Part shown: in pieces, positions 26,854 to 40,828 of the stretch
How the letters are laid out: every line of letters starts with the position of its first letter
Position numbering within the stretch: position 1 is the first letter of the stretch
Source: Ostrea edulis
Taxonomy: Eukaryota
Assembly: GCF_947568905.1 (NCBI RefSeq)
Contig: NC_079166.1
Coordinates: forward strand, 59,272,001-59,336,000
Length of the DNA stretch: 64,000 bases
Direction of reading: 5' to 3'
Notes under the pieces: generated by a model
Told to the model about the DNA's origin: nothing
Database searches by the model: none
The model's input: the letters and a program-made list of their open reading frames with translations, nothing else
Position numbers and translations under genes: made by a program

Positions 26854-29800
26854 AAAGATACGTCTTTTTCTTTCATACTTTAACACGAATGGTAAATTCT
26901 AATAGAATTATACATATATTTAATTATTGCATTTCAGAAAAAGTTATATTTTTCATAAATCAATTGGCAAGGAAAATTATATTTACTGATCTTCAGGTAA
27001 TTGATTAAATGTCTCTAATACTGAGAAAATTTTGAGGGTGTGGGTGTTTCTTTTATCGATATAGTATACATAAGTGTAAAGGTGAAGCATGAATATTCTG
27101 ATACATGTAATTATCTTTTAATGCATTTCTCAACTAATACCCGTTGAAAAATAAAATTCCCATTTTAGAAATTTTATAACGGCTTTGCTTTACTGATTCT
27201 TTTTACGCAGTGTGATTCTTTTTACGCGGTGATTTCAAAGTGTAAAGAACTCTGATGATGAGTAACTCATAACGTTTGAAGTAAATTTATAACAGCTTGG
27301 GGGAAATGAAACAATTAGATTTAACAACAGACGCAGATTATTGATAATTATACTACGTCAGCTGTAGACCAAGCTAATACTCTCCCTATACCAAACGTTA
27401 ACTTGTTTCCGCTGAAATTATATATTTTACATGTACATAAAAGTGATGATGAATTTACTGAACCCAAACACTGGATTTCCACTAAAATCGTTCGTCTTGC
27501 ATAAAAAGACATGAAGTTCGGTGTTAATGTGAACACGTCTTATTGTCTGTGATGTATATACTATCTATAAGAAATTCATTAATTTTTGGTAATACACCTC
27601 TTGGATTTAGACCAAAAATAATAATTGTAAACATGTATGATATGTAGGAGCGAATTATCTCAAGAGAGGGGGCGAGTTGTCCCGAAGAGGGGGCGAGTTG
27701 TCTTGAGGGCGGGTTGTCTAAGGGGCGAGTTGTCCCGATGAGGGGGTGAGTTGTCTTGAGGGCGAGTTGTCTTGGGGGCGAGTTGTCCTGATACCTAGAA
27801 TTCATATACACACTATGGCAAAAATATTACAATGTAGGTTCATTGTTAATATTATTAAAATATCATACATACATGTATATCATACTATTTTACCACTACC
27901 CCTACAACAGACATGGGCAATACTCATTATACTGCACAGGTATTTTAATCAATAAATATATATAAATAAATAAAAGGAAAAAACTCTATCTCTATAAATA
28001 GATGATAAATACACTATATATCTATCTATATGCATCCCCCCTCCCATTTTTCTATTTGTATCCATTTACAGATTAACAGCTGATTAAAAATTCAGATACC
28101 TGTAAATACTGGTAAACAGACAGACAGACAATGGTAATACATGTATATGCAGCACTGACTGATGCATGATGTCTATAAACAATGATATCCTCATTTTATA
28201 CTTACTAATACATAACTTTAAACACAGCACTAAGAAAATAATCTGATCCCTTTTTTTTCTTCTTCAGTCGGTCTACGGCACGAGAAAAATAATCTCCAAG
28301 TGCTGACAAATTCAAAAACTTCTGAATTTTTAACAATACTATTTTACATTTGTAAATGGTGCAAAATACAGATAATATTTTGAAACATAGGCTACACAAA
28401 ATTGATTTACATAACTTCATTTATTTGAGAGTGTGAAATAACAAGAGTGTGAAGATTAAAACACTGTTACGTAATCGTTAGAGATGTCTATGAAACTCAC
28501 GATAACATGTACCCAGTTCGAATCTCGTAATGGATTTATTATTATTTTTTTCAATTTTATTTTTAGAAATACATATAAATAGTATCTGATTTCTTACAAT
28601 TGAATAAGTAAAAAAATAAACAAAGATAAAAAATGTCATTTCTGCAACTTTATATGAAATTTACAAAAAGCCCTGGGGATCTTCCCCACTCGATTGAACA
28701 GTCTGTACATGTTCTGGTGCCGGTGTTGCGGTGATCGCTGTCGCTAGTGTTCAGGGTCGCTCTAAAAATAGCGGTAGCCCTTGACCGAAACCCCTTTATT
28801 TTTTTTAATGTAAGTTACACCGATTTGGCAACACTCTGAGAGAGAGAGATAGAAATCCGGATCTGCTCTTGCCTTTTCATAAATTCAGTGAACTAGATTG
28901 GAGTTTCCATTTACTTAAAAAGTATATCTTCTTAACAGGACAAACATTGATAATTTAACATGAATTTGGTCTGGTATGAAAACACTGGATCTAGCTGCAT
29001 GCACAAATGGGGATGGGGTTGGAGAGAAGAAAGGGGGGGGGGGGACTTCATTTTGGGACAAATTACTTTATTTTTCATTCTATTCATATTGATGAGAGAC
29101 ACTTGAACCGCACATACTTTAAATGTCCTTGTCCCATTTGATTTCAACACCCTTTATTTGGAAATTTCTTTCAACGCCTATAAATCAACATATTATATAA
29201 AGTTGTTTATAGCCATGGCGTAAAGTCAACCATCAGATAAATTAACCCAAAATCTTTGCAACTGGTCGATGTTGGAACAAAATGAAATCTAAACAATTTC
29301 TTAAAATAAGGTAAACAATATTTTCCCCAAGAACTTGTTTAACCGCGCTTGACCACACCTTCCTTATTAAGGGGAAAGAGGCTGGAGCTATCCACCGGTT
29401 ACCAGTTAATAATATCCAAAAATAGTGGTAATAAAGACCCAATTTTTTGGAGCTATGTACTTGTTTAATTTTCTTTGATATTGTCGCTTTGAAACGGGGT
29501 TTATATCTTTGAAAATATTGAAAATATTTTGCCAAGCTAAGATAGAATATTCTAAAGAGGAAATTCCAGTTGTTCGTCAGTTTGTTATATATCAATGTTA
29601 TACATTAAGATACGCATATTCATCAAAGAATGACAAATATACTGTGTATAATAATTCAATTCTCATTTAATATTTAGAGAATTGTTGCTTTTAACGATGT
29701 TCATATGTCTAAAAAAAAACGTGTACACCGATATTGTATTGAAGAGGAAATTCTAACTATTCCTTGATTCTGTATTTGTAAAACATTTTGTCAAATCAAT

Positions 29801-30379
29801 GATAAACCAAAATACTGAAGATAATCATGATGATATAAAACAAACACAAAAACATACAGAAAATGAAAACCATTGAACTATTTAAGCTTACACGCATCTA
29901 ATTGTATCTTAGTCGTGTCAAAGGTCAACTTACTTTTTCTCACCATTACTGCAGAATAACGATACATCACATACCCCAATGTATTCAAACTAAACGGACG
30001 GGAACAAAAATATCAATTTTAAATCATTAATTGACTACTTATATTCAATTAAATAAACAAAAACACTTACATTTGCATTGTCATCCACTCGACCTCGTTT
30101 CCTTAGGAAGTTGAATTTGCGCATGCGCGAGAATGTGGCAAGGATGCAAAGTGTGTAAGCACCCCATTATGGCTCGGTGTTGTGTGTAACAAAAGTCGTG
30201 TGTAACCCGGAAACTCACACTATACAAAATTTTGTATTTTCTGGGTAAAACACGATGAAAAATTCCGATTTCAAGGGGTCTCCAAACCTACGACACACTT
30301 TTGTGTCGTAGGTTCTGAAAATGTCGTAGGTTGCTCGTGTGTAACCTTATACGTGTCGTAAGTGTCGGCATAGTGCGCG

Positions 30380-30380
<1 letters not shown>

Positions 30381-30437
<57 letters not shown>

Positions 30438-30448
30438 CACACACACAC
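30381..30448. repeat. (CA)n microsatellite
   Basis: Directly visible. Confidence 0.95.
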
Positions 30449-31043
30449 AAATATACATACTCTGAAGCCGAATATAACAGCAATTGAACAGTGAACGACC
30501 GATGGACGGTTCGGGAACGAAGGGTTTCGATTGGAGAACAAACTCTAAACGGTTTGAATGTACTGATTGTCAACGAGAATGGAACAGTTCTTATAGAATA
30601 CAAAACGCTTGAAGGTGGAGAACGAACGATTTGGGTCAGGAGCGGAACTATCTGGGCCAAGACGAGAAGGAATGTTTTGGCCAGGATTGAGATTCTTCAT
30701 TTAAGACTCTTTCGGATATCTTTGTATGCTCTGTATTTGCAGACAGATGGGGGATTGCTTGTTTAAATTAAAGTCTCATTATATATCAATTATTTAAAAT
30801 CAAAAATGAAGCAATGTGGATGGAAATGAATTATGTGCAGTTACCGTTGACGATTTGAACGGTAGAATTTGATATGGGAATACAACGAATCTAGTCCACA
30901 AAGGAATGAATGATTTGGTATAGTACAGTAGTACACAGCAGTGTTGTGCCGATAATTCATTCTAATGTAAGGGTACAGGATTATAAACATTCAAACGCCA
31001 CAACGACAATAAAAACATGTCCTGTCATTTGAGAACAACGCTG

Positions 31044-31340
<297 letters not shown>

Positions 31341-31910
31341 AAAACACACCTACTGATTGCTTTCATTAAGCCAATAAATGTCATGTAAATCTTTTCGTTA
31401 AGGTGATTCTACCCTTCTACAATTATAGGTTCAATGTTATATTGATTGTTGATTCTTCAAAAGATATATATTAGTAACAAATAAAACGATGAAATAAGTA
31501 TGTTTCGGTATTAATGATTTTTTTTTTTAGCAATTAGCACACAATTACTTTTATCGTCCAAAAATTGCAATTTGCCTTAAACAACAGTATCAAAATTTCA
31601 CAAAAACTGGTTGAAATGATATAGTATATAGAAATAGAGTACATCCATTGCATAATGGACTTGATAAATAATTTAATAAAAACAGAGTTATTGCCCTTGG
31701 ATTTATTATTTTGAAACATATAATTGATTTTTCATTGTCAACTTGGACTATTGAAATATTTTATGGTGAACAAGATGTTTTAAAATAACTATTGTAAAAG
31801 ACTCCAACAAAATTCATTATCCTGTCATGCATAAACCTTACTAAATCATTGACTTTACGAAATTTTATGACGTCACAGGGGGCACAACTACGTTAATTAC
31901 TTTTAATTAC

Positions 31911-32049
31911 CCTGTATATCCTAGCATTCTACACACAACTAATGCTTCAGTTTCTGTCCAGTGGTCGTTGCAAATAGTTCCCCATATGCCGTTGATGTAA
32001 ATTTCAACTCTGCCTTCATGTGGTGAAGCTCCATTTTCTAAGCGTAGAC
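31911..32049 (-). CDS. Gene B exon 4: N-terminal half of SRCR domain
   Basis: gcag|GT..GG|gtaatt; [47 protein letters not shown]; phase 1-2. Confidence 0.9.
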
Positions 32050-32400
32050 CTGCTTTGCATTAATAATTCATGAAATACAGATCTAAAAACACTGATTACA
32101 AGCACAGTATGTATGTCTCACAACTACGGATACTGAGAAATTGAGTACCGGTAAGTCATCGGATCAGACACCTTGACTAAATTTGTATGGATGTATTTCC
32201 ATACGGCAATATGTTATTTATATCCACACTTTCCCCCAAAAAATATAAGAAAACAATTCTGGTAATTTGCAGCTTGTGTTTGCTGTACATTACAAATGAA
32301 AAGATACAAAAGAATATTATTATTGAAATAAGAAATGACTACCAACTAAAATTGCATATTACATAATCATACATAACAATGACTGGTTGGGCTTACATCA

Positions 32401-32752
32401 GTTGATGATACAGGGGTTTCAACGCTCTCGATTGGAGTAAGCTTTTGGCTATGATCGTTATATTTAGTTCGTCAATACAACCTATCATTGGGTCAAATAC
32501 TGTCTGATGTGTTTCATACCGATTGTTAAGCCGTTCTTGGCACACTGATTTTGACTGCAGATAACTCTGTTTACCTGATCAGGATATAGGGCTCACGGCG
32601 GGTGTGACCGGTCAACAGGGGATGCTTATGCCTCCTAGGCACCTGATTTCACCTCTGGTGTGTCCAGGGGTCCGCGTTTGCCCAACTATCTATTTTGCAT
32701 TGCTTATAGGAGTTATGAGATTGATCACTGTTCTTTATCGTCATCTTTCACC
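32401..32752 (+). mobile_element. Penelope-like fragment (RT C-terminus + 3' UTR)
   Basis: Matches the reverse complement of 40829-41190. Confidence 0.9.
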
Positions 32753-33814
32753 AGAGAATTGACTAAGAACTACAAACTGACTAGATAGTATTTAAAACAG
32801 GCTGACTAGTTACATGACACAAGTAGCTCACCCAATAAAACATGTAAAAATGTTAAAAACAATCACTATAGCAAAAAGGTGGTGCACAAAAAGGGTCATA
32901 AAGCAATGATACATGCTATATAAAGAATGTGAGTTGCTGCACCACCCCCTCCCCTGTTGTTGGGTATAGTTTTCAGAAATCATAAGCGGGTAGTCTCTGT
33001 AAAGCTATGCCCTTCTACAGGTCTAAATTTAAAAAAGAATGTGGAGGCTACTTTTAAAGACGCTAGTACACCGGATGTAAAAGAGAATGGACCGGGTTTG
33101 TGGTGAGCATTGCAGGTATCTGAATGATAAAGCACGAAACAGAACAATTTGGCCATCCTTACTAGGTGAGAGCAGTATGGTTACGAGTTGATTGTTTTCA
33201 ATTATTTGAAATATTTGAGTCTGATATGCATACCCTACTCATTAGAGTTGGGGTTATCTTGATGTACAACATTAGATACATGTACTTTGTCTTGTACAAC
33301 CAATTTCTCATTGTAATATGATGTTGTTCTCGTTAGACATAGTCTAAAGTAATGTTGACATTGTTTTAGAGCAACATCAGTTTAGTAATACGCATCATAG
33401 TGTCTGGAGATTTCGTTAAATGTTGTCATTGGCCTTTCAGAATCTTAAGAACTAATAAATCACGTGTAGGGTCATTAAGACCTTGCTATATAAATGGCTG
33501 ATAAAATTGGAAAGACAGCAATTCAAATTTGGATGCATTGGAGTACTCTAAAAGTAAGTTAAGCTCGTAGAGTGGAAGGTGGTATAGCTACTGCCTGTAA
33601 CAGAAATTGCCCTGTGGTTATATGCATACGACTTTAGGAGGAAGAGGTGTTGCTTAATGGTTCAGCCATAGAATTATTGATTTGGCCTCTGCATGCTTCA
33701 ACCCTGAGAAAAATTTATGTAAAAAAGGATGAAGTCATTGGCGAAATCCATGCCTTTAGGATGATGCTTTCGTTGCAAGGACGTCATAATGTTTAGAAAG
33801 ATCGCAAACGTCAT

Positions 33815-34797
33815 AATTGACATGACTTAACATTGCTGAAAGACAGTAACATCTGCCATACTTAATATACTATAGCACAGTAGCGGCCGCTATAACTGAT
33901 ATGACATGGTGATAAACTGCTGGAAAAATTGTCATCAAATATAAATGGCATAACGTAAAAATGCTGAGAAAAACATAATCTGTCATAATTGACATTATGT
34001 AAAATGCTGAAACAGAGTACTATCCGCCATAATTGACCTGACATAAAAATGCTGTGAAAATAGTAGCATGTGCCATAATTGACATGATATAAAATGCTGT
34101 GAAAATAATAACATGCACCATAATTCATATGACGTAAACATGTTCAGAAAAATACGACATAATTGACATGATATAAAAAAAACTGAGAAAATAATAGCAT
34201 GCGCCATAATTCACATAACATAAAAATGTTTAACATGTAGCATCCACCATGACTGACATGACGTACATATGCTAAAATATAGTCGCATCCGCCATAATTG
34301 ACATAACATACAAATGCTGAGGAAGATGTCATCCGCCATAATTGACATGAGGTAAAAACCCTGAGAAATTAGTTCAACCCAGCATAATTGACATTGCGTA
34401 AAAATGCTGAGAAAATAGTAGTATCCGCCATAATTTACATGACGTAAAAATGCTGAGAATATTGCAGCATCCATCATAATTGACATGGCGCTAAATTACC
34501 AAGAAAGATAGCATCTGTCACAATTGATATGACGTAAACAACACTGAGAAATATAGCACTCACGATAATTAACATGACATAAAAATGCTGAGAAAATAGT
34601 AGGATCCAACATAATTGACATGATGTAAAAACGCTGAGAAAATATTGGCATCCGCCATAATTGACCTGACGAAAAGATGCTGAGAAATAAAACATCCATC
34701 ATAATTGACATGACGTAAAAATGCTAAGAAAATAGTAGCATTCACCATAATTTTCATGCCGTAAAAACGCTTTAAAAACTGTAGCATCCACCATAAT
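33815..34797. repeat. 46-bp tandem array, block C
   Basis: About 21 monomers; ends ...CATCCACCATAAT. Confidence 0.9.
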
Positions 34798-35056
34798 ACG
34801 CCAGTTTCGAGATAAGAGCTCTCTTGTGTAGTACCATTTAGTAGAACTCTGAGGGCCTGCGTGGTACAGAGTGAATTTTACAATGTATTAAAAGCGGCTT
34901 CATTTTAAATATGTAAACGTTAGAAATACAAAATACTATCGAAAGAAATGTTTTACTAAAAGAGAAACATAACAATAATGTCATATTTGAAAGTAATATC
35001 CTGGATATGATACCTACGACCAACGAAATTACGTGATATAATAGGAATTCCATGTA

Positions 35057-36065
35057 CAGTAAAATATCTTTATCTCGAAGTCCGAGGGACCTAAAAAAAA
35101 CTTCGAGATATCCGGGGGTTCGAGATATTCAAAATCGATCTTGGATATTTTTTTGAAGGATATTTGATGCATAGTATGGGATTTGTATTATAAACAAAAA
35201 CCCCGTTGCCGTTTCTTGTAGTTTAATACAGGTTGACAAATTAATATTGTGGAATTTCAAAGACAAACATTTCGTTTTTTAAATATATATAAACATCCAA
35301 TTGAAATCACAATGTGTTTCAAAATTAAGACGATCGTGCCTGTATGCTTACTTTAAGTTTACTGATGTCCAGGCTCGACTGGGATGTAGTTATTGCGTTG
35401 TAATGAAAGAACTTATCACGTTAGAAACAAAAAAGACGGATTTAAAAAAAGAAACCAAACTTTTAAATGTTTATTAAAGAAATTTTCGTGTTTTCTCTGT
35501 ACTAGTTTTAATGATGAAGCGTGTATTATTAAATGCAGTATCGTTATTAAGAGCATTACCTTCAAGCGCACTTCGACGATTTTGTGCGTTTATCTAACCC
35601 ACATGTTAATGATAGAGCGTGTGTCTTTCAAAACACCATCCCTGGAAGCGGGCGTGTTAGTTCATAATTGGCGGTGAACTTTAGCCGTAATGTTGAAAGG
35701 CTTCACTAATCACCCAAGCTGTTGAACCATTTATTGCGACCTGGGTCTACTCGGAAAAGGCGAGCGTGGATTAGCGGTCATTAATTATAATTGATGTACC
35801 GCGGGTGTGAATGTGTGACTTAACGACGCCAGGTATGGTAAGCAGAGCGGAAAATTGACTGCACTTTGAGATAAACCAGGTGAATTTAGGGTATGGGACC
35901 TTGAAAGTACTTCGACATAAGCGGAGTATTCGAGATTACCGTGTTCGAAATATCAGAAGTTTTTTTTAATCATTTAGATAGGGAAAACGGCAGGGACCGG
36001 CGGTCGACTTCGACTCAAGCGGGGTATTCGAGATAAACCATATTCGAGACACAGATATTTTACTG
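35057..36065. mobile_element. ~1-kb Tc1/mariner(pogo)-type MITE
   Basis: TA|CAGTAAAATATC ... GATATTTTACTG|TA; repeated TTCGAGAT subterminal motifs. Confidence 0.85.
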
Positions 36066-36879
36066 TATTTTAATTACTCCTTGAATACTTATCACTGATT
36101 TACTTCGTGTATCAGTTGAATTTGGGTGATGAAACAGCGTATGAGAAACTTACTGAGTACATTCACTTATACAGTGATGAATATTCGTCCCACTCCCGCA
36201 TGTAAATCAACAGAAATAATGTGTACAATGTTTCATAGACATCACCATTTTGACAGTACAGTCAAGAATATGTTAAATAACACAGAATAGAAAACTTGAT
36301 TATAAACAGGAATATTACAAAGACTCGGACCAAAAAAAAATTCCTGTTCGTAAAATATCTGTTTTGATTAGTTACCCAACCTTTTGTACTAGTGTATATG
36401 TTGTAATTACATAGGATCAGCAACACAATATAATACTTCGTTAAAGGAGTCATAATATTAAAATCGAAGTTTATCATAAATAGTACAATAAATTAAGTAC
36501 CAAAATGTTTTTTGTTTTTTTTCAACAAATAATTCACAACTATGGAATAATCATTGTTCTTTAAGAATAAACGGTTTACAATATCTGTCTATTATAATTG
36601 TCAATGAATCTGCACAAATTCTTAAATTTTCTTAGTTGTGAGCATTCACACATTTTAAAGGAAAATTTAAGTAATCTACTAGTTTATATTCATCATAATG
36701 CAATTTTCCCCAAAGTGAGACATAAATTTACTGTCTTATAAAATGTTTGAGTATCATTTTAAATAAATCCCTCACATTGTATACGAGTAGTACACAATGA
36801 ATGCACATGCTAAACAATTTTCTCTTCAACCCTGGGTTTTCCGCAAGAGTTAGTAGGGTGCAAACTATCCAAACTTTAT

Positions 36880-38890
36880 TGATGTATCCATATGTATACA
36901 TGTACTACCTGTTGGGAATACGCTGACAGAGATACAGAGGTTCTTTGGATATCGTGAAACCTGTGTCTGCCATAATGAATTCCCCTTCCAGAATAATTCA
37001 ACCCACCATCAGTTAACAAAGGAGTTTGTAAAATTCACTATTATCTGTAACAGCAACATCTGACATAGATCCAGTAAATGATTCATTAACAAATATGATA
37101 CTAATAAAAGCCTTTATTTATCCAAGATAACACAAATTAGCACACAGCTAGTTTCCACTATGTCCCCTAAAGGATCACAATCCACACGTCCCTTTAAGGT
37201 AGTCAGAATGCATTTGTCACTGCAGCTTTAAAGAAGATGCTTTCTGTGATTTCCTTTCTTCACAATCAATGATAGCGATGGTTGTTGGGAATTGAGCTTT
37301 TACTCAGTTGGCATGTTGTTAATATCATTCCTATGGGACTATAGTGAAACACAGCCTAACACAACATAAGGTCAATTCGGCACATAATATATCACTGATA
37401 CACTATGTTGAAATACAAAATCATGATGCTAAGTCCTTGATTTCAAACTTATGTCTTAGCCTCATCAGTGTTAATGACAACTGCGATTCTTTTGTCATAT
37501 TTGTTATGCTTCTCCTTTTTTTACATACATATTGTAATGGGGAATTTGCTCAGATCCATAAAAAAATCACTAACAAACTACAAAATGTGGCATGTCTCAA
37601 ATTGATATATTATAAAAACAACCCCGTTTTTTTCTCTTGCTGTAGAATACTGTTAACGTCAAAATGGGTGGCCTGTTGGTGGGGTTAATCTTGGACTTTC
37701 ATTGATAATTGGAGTTGCAGATGATGAGTCAGTATGCTCTGTTGATGAAAGACATGTTCTGCTGTTGTTAACTGGTTTTGTAAATTATCTGACTTGTGCT
37801 GCTCTTACAAGTATATCCAATGAATCTATTAAGAAACAACAATATATTTTGTTAGCATTTGGAAGTAAAACATAAATGCTGAGAGGGTCCATGAAATTTT
37901 AAAAGGTGAACTGACCTATTACATGAACGCTACTATACATACATTACACCCAATAATTTATTAGCTACTTATTTTAGTTTGCTCTAATTATTATGAAATC
38001 TAAATTCTAAACCATTTATTACAAGATATATATGAACATAAATTCTATTGATATATATAAACTTTGACCACTGAATCAGTCAGATTACTGAAACTTTAGA
38101 ACTTTATTTCCTGGTATGAACTATTGTAAGAATAATGGAACAAAAGCCTTGAATGCGGCACTCTTACAGCCATGTTAAATGTATGTTATGATATGTATGA
38201 CTGAGCAGGGGAAATTTAAGACACCAGGCTAGAAACTGCATATATTGGTGTAAACGTTAAATGAAAATGACCCGAGATATGAAAATAATTTAGATAGGGG
38301 ATATTTGTTAATAGATAATATTATAGTAAAAAAAATAATATTGTGTAGCTCTTAGCACAGGTACTTGGATCCATGACACCCACTTCCCCTTAATAACCTA
38401 GCTACACGAATTGTTATATCCAGTGGGGGTAATTTTTAAAAAGAGCTATTTTGGGGTATGCAAGACATTGTTGACATGCAATAGTGAGATTTTCAACAAT
38501 AACAATTAAACCAAGTCGTGTAGGTAATTCGGGAGAAGGGGGGGGGGGGGGGGTCCTGAACCCAATCACTTGTAGCCCTTAGTGCATTTATACACATGTA
38601 TGTATCATTATACATATGGGCATGTATTACTATCAGTCCCTGATTTAACTATTACTATTAACTAATACTTAAGAGTCTGTTAAGACTAACTTACTTTTAA
38701 ACAGTCATATAAATCTGTGCCAGTCCATTCTGCTCTTACTGCAGGGCCTACCACACGCCTTTATCCAACGTAAACATTAATATTTTTGTGATTTTGGTTT
38801 TGGAAATAGGATAAACATCACTTCTAGTATCCTTTCTGGGTAACGTGAATCCCTGTTGCATTTCCCCGACGCACAAATGCCCACCAATTT
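36880..38890 (-). pseudogene. Second THAP + DDE_Tnp_4 (PIF/ISL2EU-like) transposase relic
   Basis: THAP-like exon at 38697-38885: CASGKCNRDSRYPERILEVMFILFPKPK..CLRWIKACGRP. DDE remnants at 36900-37330: FPTTIAIIDC, IIFVNESFTGSMSD, IMADTGFTI. Many stops and frameshifts. Confidence 0.8.
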
Positions 38891-39045
38891 TATGAGAACT
38901 CGAAGTAATCAGGCTAAAACATCTGTACCTCAAAATATCCGATATCACAAGTTTTGACGGAGGTAATGGCGGACAATTCTTCCACGATTCTGATTGGCTG
39001 TGCGGAGATGATAACCGCACCTCCCCTGACGACAGTGGAAGCGTG

Positions 39046-40515
39046 AATTATCATGACGTAAAAATACTGAGAAAATAATAGCATCTGTCATAATTGACAT
39101 CAGCTTCAAATGCCAAGAAAGATGGCATCTGTCACATTTGATATGACGTAAAAATGTTGAGAAATATAGCATCCATCATAATTGACATGACGTAACAATG
39201 CTATGATAATAGTAGCATCCGATATAATTGACATGACGTAACAATGCTTAGACAATAGTAGTATCCGCTATGATAAACATGACGTAAAAATGCTGAGAAT
39301 ATAATAGCATCCACCGTAATTGACATAACGTAAAAATGCCGAGAAATGTGCGGCATTTGACATATATTGACACGACCTTAAAAATGCTGAGAACATTGTA
39401 GCATCCACAATAATTGACATGACTTAAAATGCTCAGAAAATAGTAACATTCGACATAATTTACATGCCCTAGAAATGTTGAGAAAATAGTACCATCGCCA
39501 TGATTGACATGACGTAAAATTGCTGCGTAAATAGCAGCATCAGTCATGATTGACATGACGTAAGAATGCTAAAAAACGATAGCATCCACGGCACCATAAT
39601 TGACTTGACGTAAAAATGCTGAAAAACAGTTGCTTATGCCATAGTTGACATGATGTAAAAATACTGAGAAGGATAGAATCCATCATATGTGATATTACGT
39701 AAAGAGGTTGAGAAAGATAGCATTCGTCAAGACTGGCATGACGTAAAATGCTGAAAAATAATGATATTTACCATAGTTGACAAGACATAAGAATGCTGAG
39801 TAAATTAGCATCTCCATAGTTGATATAAATGCTTAGAGAATAATACCATTCACCATAATTATCATGACGTAAAAATGCTAATAAAATAATAGTATCCGCC
39901 AAAAGTTGCATGATATAAGATTGCTAAGAAATTGGTAGCATCCGCCACAACTGGCATCACGTAAAGTTGCTGAGAAAAATAGCATCTGCCATAATTGAGA
40001 TGACGTTAACATATTGAAAGACAGTAGCATACACCTAAATGACATGACGTTAAATCGGTGGGGAAATAGCATCCACCTTACTTGATGTGAGGTAAACATG
40101 CTGAAAATAAATGCACCCAAGATAATTGACATGATGTTAAAATATGTTGAGAGAAATAGCAACCGCCATACTTGAAGTAAAAATGCCAGTAAAATAAGTA
40201 TAAAGTAAAAAAGTAGCTTCCGCCGTATTTGACATGACGTAAAAATGCTGAGAAAATTAGCTTCCGCCATACTTGATGTGACGTATAAAGTGAGAATTAA
40301 TGCTTCCGCTATATTTGAAATTGCGTTGAAATATGTTGGGAAAAACAGCCTTAATTGACAAGACATAAAATTGCTAAGACATATTTGCATTCAATGCAAT
40401 TGATAGAGCGTTAGAAATTTTGATATATAATTTCATCCGCCACAATTGACATGCCGAAACATTTCTGAGAAGTACTTGCATCTGTCATAGTTTTAAAACA
40501 TGACGTTAACATGCA
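39046..40515. repeat. 46-bp tandem array, block B
   Basis: About 30 monomers; the right half is paralogous to block A. Confidence 0.9.
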
Positions 40516-40828
40516 AGAATTGGAAATCAATGGAATGTGAAAGATATGACTCAAAGGACATATGTCAGAATTAATATGACATACACTACTACTTAAAGTG
40601 TGGCAACAGCTGTCCAAACATATGTGTTTATGTAAACCTCTATGTAGAATTGAAACTAATGTTGGATATACATATACCTAAACAAAATGTCAACGAGGTA
40701 TGATACCCATTTTAAATTATAATGAAAATATGAATTTAAACCGGGGTGGTATTTGAAAACATTAATTTGTGTTACAAGTGTATGCAAAAACTACTACATA
40801 CAATAATACTGAAGATTAAATGAGATAT

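Larger units (their letters stand above)
24968..27795. mobile_element. Non-autonomous TIR element with 8-bp TSD and GACAACTCGCCC subterminal repeats; hosts nested insertions
   Basis: 29-bp perfect inverted match GGACAACTCGCCCCCAAGACAACTCGCCC starting 7 nt inside each end; TSD TAGAATTC at 24960-24967 and 27796-27803. Confidence 0.85.

Noticed and set aside
30491-30766. 91-aa ORF
   Set aside because: It derives from GAACGG-type subterminal repeats of a probable non-autonomous element and has no ATG start.
33060-33780. Possible DIRS-like RT/RNase H remnant
   Set aside because: Only vague motif resemblance; too degenerate to support.
33862-34787. Overlapping minus-strand ORFs in the 46-bp arrays (also 7630-8214 and 38945-40617)
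   Set aside because: The 46-bp period rotates the frame, so these ORFs are by-products of the repeat.
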